NCBI GenBank assembly: GCA_964057225.1
Contig: OZ059898.1
Span: forward strand, 10,726,001-10,790,000
Direction of reading: 5' to 3'
Length of the DNA: 64,000 nt
Origin: Auanema rhodensis
Taxonomy: Eukaryota > Animalia > Nematoda
The translations under genes were made by a program, and so were the position numbers. How positions within the stretch are numbered: position 1 is the first letter of the stretch; the number at the start of each line of letters is the position of its first letter. Positions 46,928 to 58,139 of this stretch are shown here, one piece after another. The notes beneath the pieces were generated by a model. The model ran no database searches. It had not been told where the DNA came from and saw only the letters and a program-made list of their open reading frames with translations.

Positions 46928-49567
46928 GGAGAAGGAGAAGAAAAATAAAGTGAAGTGAAGAAGAAAAAAAGACAATGATACTATTCGATATAAAGACTTT
47001 AGTAACAGCCTCCATTACATGCATAGGTGTCTAAATATTTTTAAATATACATATCTATCTATATTTCTTGTTTTTTTATTGTGGTTATAATATATTTCAT
47101 ATACATTCGTTATACATATTTTTTCTTTTGAAAATCATGAATTATCGGTTGCAATGTTCCGTCTAAGCGTTTCCGCTTACTAGCTTTTCAGAAGCACATT
47201 TTATGGAAAAGCTGTAAGACTGCTTGATGAATCTGAGGCGGAAACTAAGCAATCCAGATAAATGAATGTACGTGCGCTATTTGCCGACACATAGTTTCAG
47301 AATTTACGTGAGAGTTTACATATTGTCTTTATATTTTATAGAATCTTTGTGTAAGTGAACACATCGATTAAAGTGCAACTTTTAAAAAGCAAAAATCAAT
47401 CTACAGATCAGTTGGACTCGAGTCCCATTTTTCAATTTTTTTTCTTTTCTTTGCATTAGGCTAGAAACGAAACTATTACGAAGAGCTTAAACTGATTCAT
47501 ATTTCTATTATACCAGATGAAATTGAGCATTTACACGAAAGATGGAAATTGACTATTCTGATGGAACACGCTAGAAAATGATTAAACCATAATGAAAAAT
47601 GATAATGAAAAAAAGTTTTTTTTTTCGTAATACCTTATTGAATTCAGAATATATTTTTCTTTTCTTAAAAATAAAATTTCTATTCGATAAGAGGGCATTA
47701 AGAACATATTGATACAGATAATTCTTTTTTTTTAAATAGCAATTATTCGTTTTCAAATGCTTCTGTTATCTCATTTGACAAAAAAAATTATTTATAAAAT
47801 GAAAAACTAATAATCGTAATTTAATGCTACTTACTATCAGGATTATGCTCGTAAATAACAGAGGAAGTAAAAATTACTATCAAGATATATGAACGATTAA
47901 GAAGTTTTATTGGGCAAAGTCACAAATAAAGTTGAAAAATGATTTTCAAGACTTCTGACGTATATTCCCATTTTTCGAAATATTTCAGTTAGAGTTCAAC
48001 AGTTAGAGAAAAACAATAATTTAAACAAAAAAAAACTAAATATTGGTATAACAAATGTTTGAGTATATCTAATATAATCCAATATTGTATGAATTATCTA
48101 TAGAATTTCAAGGCTATAAAATAATTTTTGAACAAAAAAGAAAAGAATTTTGTGATTATTTGCTTTTCTGAATTTATGTAGGCAATAATAGTCTATGAAA
48201 ATTTATCGTGAATATTTGAAAATATATTTTAATCTGAGTTTCAAGAGATTTTAATAGATCCTTCAGTAGGAGATCCTTATGCATATTATTATGCTGAGTG
48301 AGAATTGATGAGTAGCTTTATAGGGATATATTCTGTAGTCGAAGATGAAAGTATGATAGTCTGGGAAAGAGAGAGAAATAGAGAAGAAGCGAGAGAGATG
48401 AGAGAAAAAGAGAATGTCGCGAAAGGAGTGCAAAAGGAACAGGATGAGAGGGAAATATGAAATTTTCCAGTTCAACGCTAACCCATATAAGGTTGAAAAG
48501 CGCTTTGCTTGTCCATTCTTCCGGAATGCTATCCTTATTTCTAAATTCTGCATTAACCACATAAGAACATTGAAAGAGAGATTATAAGCTGGAGAGAGAA
48601 AGAGAAACTTTTCCTTGAAAGTTGCAAAATTAAAATTTTCCCAAAACAAATCCGATTTGGAAGCAATTGGATCGTGAGTTGCTTGCAAATCTTTGGATGT
48701 TCAATGTGAAGGGATTGTTCTTGTAATACGTAAACTATAAAAAACTTTTATTTTATGTATCTTTAGCATAGCTAGATCAGAGCAGACCTGAGAATGTAGT
48801 TTGACTTTAAAAAGATACGGGAGTTGTAAAGCTTTCGGTAGAAATGAAATGTTAGAAGGAAAAGGCCCTCTCTCGCACTCTCTTTTCAACTTACCAAGTA
48901 TGTTTATTCGTCTCTATCTCTCTTTTTACTTTCCAGCTTCGGAATCTCTGACTCTAAATAAATGTGAGCAGCATGGGACAATAGCCTCGAAAACTCGAGA
49001 ATGAATACCAGGGTGATTACGAGATTCAAAGCCGAGGCAAAATTGACGATACACAACCCAGAAATAGTGTGTTGTCGCTTCACTGGTGTGCCATTGCCGT
49101 CGTATGCTCTTCAAGCTGCAGTAGCCAACCAAATAGGTTCAACACCGTAAAAGCCGAAAGGCCAGCTGTTCACAAGCTGAACGAGAGCTATTGACAAGAT
49201 CAGGGAAAAGAGAAGGAAGAGAGGAAGAGAGGAAGAGGCAAATGGGAAAAAGAGGAAAAGATAGAAAAAGGAGAAAGACTGCTTGTTCAGTTTGGCACTT
49301 CTCCTGCTCATCGCCAATTCAACCTTTCTCGAAATGTCAATTTTTTTTGCCAAGTACTATATTGAAGAGCAATAGAGCAATGCCAATCGGCGTTGTTTAA
49401 AACCTATGAAGTCAGATTTTACTCTTCTCATGTATCACTTGTGACATTGAGTTTTTTCTCCATTTTATAATTCAAAACAATGTTTCTTTTAATTATCTGA
49501 ACGTTTAAAAGAATAATGAAAAAAATGTGGAAAAATGAAAATCTTAGCAAGACGAATACAAAGGAAT

Positions 49568-49568
<1 letters not shown>

Positions 49569-49618
<50 letters not shown>
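49569..49618 (+). repeat. (AG)n microsatellite
   Basis: About 25 perfect AG units. Confidence 0.95.
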
Positions 49619-49623
<5 letters not shown>

Positions 49624-52109
49624 GGGGAGCGAGGAAGAGAGGGGCTAGTTAGTACAGAGATAAAAGCAAGAAAAGGAAGAGGAACAGAGGTATCGAATGA
49701 AAGAAATGCCAAAGATAGACAGATAGAGAGAATGCGACCGAGGGAGAAAAGAGCGGGAGAAAGAGAGAACGAAAGAGAGCTCCATCAACAAGCCGTTGTA
49801 TTCGTCTCGTCTCTAGAGAATGTATGAGTAGCCGAGCACACTTTACTGGCCACAACTAAGATGGCTTCGTGTAGATGAGAAGCAGAATAGAAAATCGAAG
49901 CCTGAGCTACTGCTCTTGCTGCTGGTACACGAGACCCAATTGGCTAACTAACCACAGAACCAAGCAGCACGTTGTCATCCTTAATTCTTTCATGGATATT
50001 TCAAAAGCTGATGAAGACAATGAAATAATCTGCTTGTAATCTAATCCAAAATACGATTATAGCTTCCCCATTTGACCAAAATGAATTCTTCTATATACTC
50101 TCAGATTACAATTTTTACTTAGCTCATCTTAAGACTCATTACACAGGTGCTCAGGCATGTAATTGTACTTGTGTTTGCAACAAAATAAACTTGTTAACCA
50201 CCTGGTTTGTTAAAAATTTCGAAAACCTAAAATTTGGTTCGAAATTGTTAACACAAAGAGACTCTTTGAATATTTGCGATTTAAATATTGCCATTTGAAC
50301 CATTCGGGAAATTTCTATTCAAAAAAGAAGAAAAGGAAATAGCCATTACTTAACACTAGCCAAGAGAACCATAAATGTCGTTATTCTCTCTATTTCCTAC
50401 TTTGTGAGACAAACCATCTATTGAAACTACGAAGCTTTTACATCTTATTAAGTAAGAAAAACCAAGCTTTAGCCCTTCCACATGATTTTCATAGTTTTGT
50501 TTAAATTATGTCGCTGAAAATTGATAAGTAGTTGCTAAAAAAACAATTTACAAATCAAATAATGGAGTATAATCATAAAAGTTAAGCTGGGACGTTATTG
50601 TTAAGGCCAATACAAGGTGAAAGGCGTTTGTTCACCAGGTAGATTCAACAGTTATGGGTCAAATTAAAATGTTATTATATGAGAAAGAAAACAAAAAATA
50701 AAAATGAGAGAGAACTACAAGGAAAAGGTATGATATTAGCGAAAAACGATGACTAAATCGAATACAGAGGAGACATGAAGTGACGTAAAAATATGGACAA
50801 GGCATTATAGTCATCCGGCATTCCCGTCCGCGGAACTGGTGAGTTTCCCATGCCTCAAACAGAGCACAGGAAGCTTTTTGATGCAAAGGAGAAACATTAT
50901 TCTTGAAAACGGGACCTAAACTATGATGTGGCACAAATTAACTTTTTTTAACTAAAACGTTTGGTATTACAATCTGATTATATGGAATTCACTGTGTCAT
51001 GAACAACTTTCTAGCTTGCTTTTTAAATAATTGTAGATGAAATTGAAGACGAAATAAAAACAAAAAACAAACTGATGTAAACAAGGATATCAAGACAAAA
51101 AGTTCTATAAAACATATAGAAAATCATAATAAGAAATGTTCAAACATTCCCCAGTGATAAAATATTAAACAAGTGGCTACAAATGTGATAATAACTTTAA
51201 TTTTAAGAGTTCTACATAAACAATTGTTTATTTTTTGATTTGGAAAAAGCGATACAAAAAAACAACAAAAACTTTTTACCAAATACAATTCATGGAATAA
51301 CTCTATTAGTATTTTTTTCGGTATAAGATGCTCGGTTTTCGACTGGCTGGACATCTTGTAGCGTATGAATGCTGAATAGAAGATGACAGGCTGCTTCATG
51401 TTTCGGTTCCATATTGACATATCCTACATTATTTTAAACTCATTTCGTCAAGCTTTACGCATCATAAGGACATTGGCTATATCACTTCTACTATAAACTA
51501 TGTTTCTGAATTGATGAATAAAAACATTATAAAAGAAAAAGAACACCTATGAAAGTTATTTAAAAACTTAAGAGAATGCAACCATACTGTGTTCATTTCA
51601 ATATGTTTAGATATGTGATAAATTGATTTATATATCCGTATAAATTATTTGAGCGTATTTTGGAAATAATAAGAAGGAACTCGTAGCAAAGTTTGGCAAA
51701 AAATAAAATTTAAAGCGTAAACCAATTGATGAAAGGCACGTTAAAAATTAGCAATATAAAATAAATTATAAAAACGGTTGAAAAATCGCATAGCACAGAG
51801 ACATAAAATACATTGACTTAGCTAAAGAAGTTGAAGGCAGATACACTTATATATTAGGAACCGGACTCAACTAATCAGTCAAACTTTTAAAACAATTTTA
51901 AATTTTGTTCTCCGAATTACAAATCAGACCAAAAAAATTACTTTAAAGTTTGAGCAACTTAACTCAGACCAAAAATTGAAAGATGATTAACAAGATTAGA
52001 AAACGGCTGAAATATGAAAGTGATATGTAATAAAAAGACCCTCACACGGATACAAAGAGTAGAAACAGTTGCCTGAAGCCTACCTGAAACTTTTTTAAAA
52101 TAATCTGTT

Positions 52110-54892
52110 TCAGTTATTTACAAGTGTATTAAAATCTTGTCCAATATTCATGGCACATGATTGTAGATGCAATCTGTCCGCTGATTGCTTCAAAATTATA
52201 TCTTCTAAACGTCGTCTTGCTTTTTGTTCTTTTTCTAAATCCGTATGGAGGCCAGCAACTTCTTGTCTCAATGCAGACACCTGGTCCTTTAAGGAGTACA
52301 CAGTATCAACCAAACTCCTATAAGTAAAAATAAACAATTTGAAAAGAAAAATTTTTAAAAAACTACTTTTCTTGCAAAACTATCTGATCGCCTACTACTT
52401 CTTCAACTAGAATCTTTTCTTGTTCTGCTACTATTAATTGAGGTTTGGCTTCTACACCAGAACCTAAGATACTTGGCAGCTTTGCATATCCATCGATCAG
52501 TTGAAGTATAAACGCATCTTCTGCATCGTTTTGATGATCTTAAAAATAAGATATTTTTCTATTTAAACGTATACATACCTTGTTTACGCAGTTTAACACC
52601 CTTTCTCATTTTTTGCTCGTTTTTATATCTATGGATAGAAAAGGGTAGTAATCTCAAACGAGATCCTGCAATTATATAATATAAATTGAACTATCCACCA
52701 ACCATAATTATGTTATCATGTTATTTACAAAACCTAATTATCCTTTTTAATAAATAATTGAATAATTTTTAAAAAATGTTCTTTTTATCTTAATTCAAGC
52801 AACATTAAATATTTCAGTAGCGTTTTTCTCCAATTAACAAAAAGAACACAACTCATACTCTTGATAGGGGAGGATTGTATGTTGAATAGTCAATTTAATG
52901 TACAGTAAATAAAAAAGTAAAATGTTACCTGTGGGCATATTACTGTCATCTTTCTTCTTTACATCCTCGAATCCTTCGGGGACAATCATGCCTAACTCAT
53001 GATTGAAACGGATATCGCTCTTCCCAAATCTGCATATAAAGAAAACGATCTTATATAACTATTACGACCATACGATTGCTTTTTCTCAATGGACATTCGC
53101 GATGTTGACGATGTTAATTTAGCTATTTCAGGTGAACGGGAAGGGGACAAACTCGTCTACAATATCTATACATTTGACTATATTCATAAATGTAACGAAC
53201 CAATGGATTCAAAGATCTTTGTGGAGTTTGAGGTCTAGAAGATATAACATTCTCCTCAATTTTCAAACCATTCACTTTAGAAAGCGCATCCATCCACCTC
53301 TCAATATCGAAGTTTTGGGAAAGAAGCAAAGTAAAGTTCTCTTCTGAATACATATATTAATCAATGAAATAGTTTCCAATATTACTTCCAGTGAACCCAA
53401 TTCCTCCTTCAACTTTACGCGCTACTAAGCCAGAGGTTGCATATTTTCGTATTAAATTGAACACATTAGGATCTGGAGTGATCTCCAAAATCATAATCAA
53501 GTGAGCAAACAAGGCTATGCACCTGCAAAGAAGTATTTGGTGAGAAGGTTAAGCTGATATTATCACCTGTCCTTCTTATTTTCATTTTCCTGGATTGTTC
53601 CTGAGCCTACATACAAAATTTTGCCTCGTTCCTCAAACGATGCCCATTTTTCCACCTGTCGTGTATACAAGAATTCAAGTTGAGTTTCTTTCTGCTTACG
53701 AGCCGCCTCACATAACGCCTAAAAATATGTTACTGATGTATAAAAAAATAAAACTCACTCTGATTTCCTTGAAAACTGAACAAGAGCGTTGTATGTCTCC
53801 TCGATCGACATGTGATTCCTAAAATAAACATTTATACTAATAATTGCAACTGCTGTTATCTCACCGATAAACTTCTTTCTAATTCTTGCAGAACTACTGG
53901 ATATCTTTCTAAATGTCTGAAAGGCTCACTAAGACCCATAATCAAATTCTTCATTTCTTTGCCCATTTTAGCTAATTCTGTTCGTAATTCAGTGCTAAAA
54001 AAACAAATGAGATCAGTTACATAAATTATAATTACTTTTTCTCTGTAAGAATTTCTACAGCCCTAGGATGATTCCAGCAATATTCCAACATTAACTTCTT
54101 CAAATTAGCCGCAGAATTTAGAAAAACTCCTCCTATCCTTTGTTGTGGTAACTGATATCTAAACCAATCAAGCTAGATGTAAACCAATAGTGATTAACAT
54201 ACGAAATATTCTCAAGAATTTGGCTAAACATATCTTTCTGTAATTCTAAAATTTGATCGATGTTGCAAGCAAGAGTAGAAAAGTCTTCCAAACTCAATCT
54301 GAAGCACTACACTTTAAATGGATTTTTCCAATGATATATTAACATTCCAGATTTTTCAATTGGCAAAATAATCCCCTCATATGTATCCTCAACACTTTTA
54401 ATATAATTTGACTCAGATGTTTCAAGTTCTTTCAGAACTTCAGCTCTGAATTGAGCATTAGATATTGGTTCTTCTGATCTGAAAACTAAGACTAAAAGTT
54501 ATTTTAATATATCAAGATTGATCTTAACAAACCAGGACTAGCACATGAACTAACATTGGCCATAGGAGAAGCATTGGGAACAGATTTTGAACGAACCAAC
54601 TTATCTGAATTCAGTCAACTTTAGAGATTATGGCCTCTATGATACCAAACCTTTTTCAGTTAGAATTTCTACATAATTTGAAGGAAACCATCCTGTTGTA
54701 TTATTTAAAGTTCCTTCCCACCAACCTCCTTCCAATTGTTGAGTAATTGTAATTATATCATTTTTCGAAAAAGATAACTAAACACATATTTAAGAATTTT
54801 ATCAATTACCAATTCATATAATCAACCTCATCATTATTTTTTCCCGAAAAAGCGAAACCTGCTTTAGCTAAAACAGGTGTTGTAACACTCAT
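52110..54892 (-). CDS. pix-1: betaPIX/ARHGEF7-like Rac/Cdc42 GEF (SH3-DH-PH-GIT-binding-coiled coil)
   Basis: ATG 54892. SH3 [50 protein letters not shown]; [26 protein letters not shown] and [10 protein letters not shown]; GIT-binding [12 protein letters not shown]; C-terminal EKILVEE...[13 protein letters not shown] coiled coil. The last few codons are ambiguous. Confidence 0.93.
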
Positions 54893-55988
54893 GGATTCCT
54901 GCTTAAAACTCTAAAAACAGTTCAAAATGATTAAATTATCATGATTTAGATCTACTGGGCTGCGATAAGAAGTGATAAATAGTATAGATACTCTAAATTA
55001 ATGATCTTTGGTAAAAATCAGTATATAATAGTTACGCGTCGGCGCAAAAACGGGGATTCAATACGTGATGTTAACTATATTTTAACGCCTATTTCTTAAG
55101 TTTCGCTATTAGAAATTCAATAATTATGCTTTATTTTTCTTCTTGTTTATGCATTACAAATTTGCATAATAGAAACATCAAGTTTAGAATTAAAGAATAT
55201 ATTTATATTTTTACAGTAATTCCCAACAGAAAACTGTCTACGTAAGGCAGTGCAGTTGTTCGTATACTATATATTTTCGAAAGATCTGAAGTTATAGTAT
55301 ACTAACCATGACACTGAGAATTTAGAGGTAGCGGGAAAAATGTTTATAAGTGATCTACTAAAATACTAGATAAGGCTTCACTTTGTATTGCAAATTTATC
55401 TTTTTTTGATTGTGCTCTGAAAGATGCAATATTGAACCACAACAAGGATATTATCAAACAGAAAAATAAATTAGTTCATCTGCTAGAAAAATAGTAATTA
55501 AAAAAATGAAATTGGGACGAGAGCAAACAGAAATATTCTTTTAAACTAAGGATCCTTTTGAACGAGAAGCGTTGGTAGAACGGCTGATCTCGTCAAGCTT
55601 CTTTTTTAGTTCTTCTTGAAGTGAATTTTCATATTGGATCCCTATTAAGTTCATCAGTGCATAGGCGGGTGCTAGACTCGAAGTAACCGAGTCTGGTTCG
55701 AACCTTTTTGTTTAAAATAACAGTTTAGTAGTACTGTATGTTGGCCAAACTGTTCAAATAAATCTTTTAATTTTATAACGTATTCTCTTATTTATGTTAC
55801 CTTACTTGGTATAATTTTTTTTATATTGTAAGACGTATGTTTTGCTCTTTTTTTAAAAATAAGTGGTATTGCGATCAGGAATTTCCATTTTTTTTTTCAA
55901 AAAAAATGAATAAGGTTAGCATATTATTTTTGAGAGATTTGGCACATCGTCAAAAATTGGTTTTCGTGCCAGGACCACGGCTGTTATA

Positions 55989-55998
55989 GGCGGGAAAA
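55989..55998 (+). promoter_or_regulatory. E2F-type site in the divergent pix-1 / eIF4A promoter
   Basis: GGCGGGAAAA about 120 bp upstream of the eIF4A ATG; a second GCGGGAAAA lies near 55331. Confidence 0.4.
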
Positions 55999-56115
55999 CG
56001 TTCACCAGAAGCGCTCAGCCCTATTCATTTGCTTGATTCCCCTTTCCATAGAGGGCCCAGCTTTCGTTTTTTTTGAAAAAAAATCCTTAAAGCATTTCGT
56101 GTTTATTAAATTGAC

Positions 56116-57859
56116 ATGACTGATGCGAGTGAACAGTGAGTTATTATATTTTTACCTTGTTTTAAAATTTTTTGGAGGGCTATTAGAATTTTAGGCCAAG
56201 TAATAGAAATCTAACAATTCAGCAAATGCATTGAATTTTAAGCTAATTTTTGATTTTTAGGAACAATCATGTAAACGGCGGTACCCACGTCGACAGCGAT
56301 GGCCTCATCGAGGTTTGTCTCATAATTTTTTTTATAAGTGTAAAACAATTCATGGTTTTACGGGGTTCTTTCATCGTTCTCACATATTTTCAACCTAAAA
56401 ATCTTATTAGAATTATTTTATTCTATCTTAAAAGAAAATTTGCTATTAGTTTGTTATTTAGTCGTAATTTTATTAATTGTTTAAGGGCAACTATGACGCT
56501 GTTGTCCCATCTTTCGATGAGATGAACCTAAAAGAGGAACTTCTTCGTGGAATTTACGCTTTTGGTTTTGAGAAGCCTTCTGCTATTCAACAGCGTGCTA
56601 TTGTTCCATGTACAACTGGTAAGATTGAATGCCTATAAATTGGGAAAGTGATGCAATTACAGGGCGTGACGTTATCGCTCAGGCTCAGTCCGGAACAGGA
56701 AAAACTGCCACGTTCTCTATCTCTATCCTTCAGAGAATTGACCATGAGAGCCCAACTCTTCAGGCTCTTGTTATGGCTCCAACTCGCGAGTTGGCTCAAC
56801 AAGTAAGATTATTGAATTAATATCAGTAGCATATATGATTTTTTCAAGATCCAAAAGGTTATGTGCGCTCTCGGAGATTACATGAAGATTAATGTTCACG
56901 CTTGTATTGGAGGAACTAGTATCAGAGATGATCAGAGAGCCTTTGAAAATGGAGTTCATGTTGTTGTTGGAACTCCAGGACGTGTCAATGACATGATCAA
57001 CAGAAATGCTCTACGTATGTTAAAGTGAAATTACTGATATTGTGAAATCTGTTTCAGAAACTGAATATATCAAGATGTTTGTTCTTGATGAGGCTGACGA
57101 AATGCTTTCTCGCGGTTTCAAGGATCAAATTTACGAGGTCTTCAAAACTATGCCTCATGAGGTCCAAGTTGTCCTTCTTTCTGCTACTATGCCAGCTGAT
57201 GTACTTGATGTCACTGAGCGTTTCATGCGTGATCCTATCAAGATTTTGGTAAAGAAGGAAGAATTGACCCTTGAAGGTATTCGACAGTTCTACATTAACG
57301 TTCAGAAGGATGTGAGTTTTTCTGATTATTTCGATAATAATATAGTAAATATTTTAGGAGTACAAGTTTGGAACTCTTTGCGATCTGTACGAGTCCGTAA
57401 ACGTTACTCAAGCTGTTATTTTCTGTAACACCAGAAGAAAGGTCGAAGCTCTCACTGATCAGCTCACCAAGAGAAAGTTCACCGTATCATGTCTTCATGG
57501 AGATATGGAACAACAGGAACGTAACGTAATTATGAGAGAATTCCGTTCTGGATCATCCAGAGTTCTCATCACTACTGATCTTCTCGCTCGTGGTATTGAC
57601 GTCCAACAGGTATCATATACATGATTTAATTTTATGTGTAACCGTTTTATTTTTTCAGGTTTCGTTAGTTATTAACTATGATCTTCCCTCTAACCGTGAA
57701 AACTATATTCACCGTATTGGTCGTTCGGGTCGTTTTGGTAGAAAGGGAGTTGCCATTAACTTTGTTACTGAAAATGATGCCCGTGCTCTCAAAGAATTAG
57801 AAACATTCTACAATACCGTTATCGAGGAGATGCCAACTAGCATCATTGATCTTCTTTAG
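56116..57859 (+). CDS. inf-1: Eukaryotic translation initiation factor 4A (DEAD-box helicase)
   Basis: Q motif [51 protein letters not shown]. Strongly biased codon usage. Sequence features fit eIF4A1/2 rather than eIF4A3. Confidence 0.97.
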
Positions 57860-58036
57860 ATTGCTTGTTGAACATGGGTTTCGGTTTTTTTCGTTTTTGT
57901 AGACTCCCTGTCCAATTCTTTGGTTTACTTATCTTCATCTCCTTTTTTTCTCCGTTTATCAAATTTCCATTTTTTTAGTCGTTAGCTTTGTTCTTTTGTA
58001 TCTCTTTGCATTGTTGTTCTGTTCATGAGGACTCAA

Positions 58037-58042
58037 AATAAA
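58037..58042 (+). terminator. AATAAA polyadenylation signal of eIF4A
   Basis: At the end of a U-rich 3' UTR of about 180 nt and followed by a U-rich downstream element. Confidence 0.7.
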
Positions 58043-58139
58043 ATCTATTGTTATCTTGTATCTTGTTCTCGCAATTGGTGGTACAGTCCTCAAATTATGA
58101 CAAACATTAAAATCTATAATTACTAAAGTGTTATTAGAT

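Noticed and set aside
37914-49855. Many ORFs in the track of 60-219 aa rich in S/L/F or E/R (e.g. 44258-44917, 43484-44069, 49516-49827)
   Set aside because: They result from stop-poor CT/GA low-complexity DNA; no domains, splice logic or codon bias.
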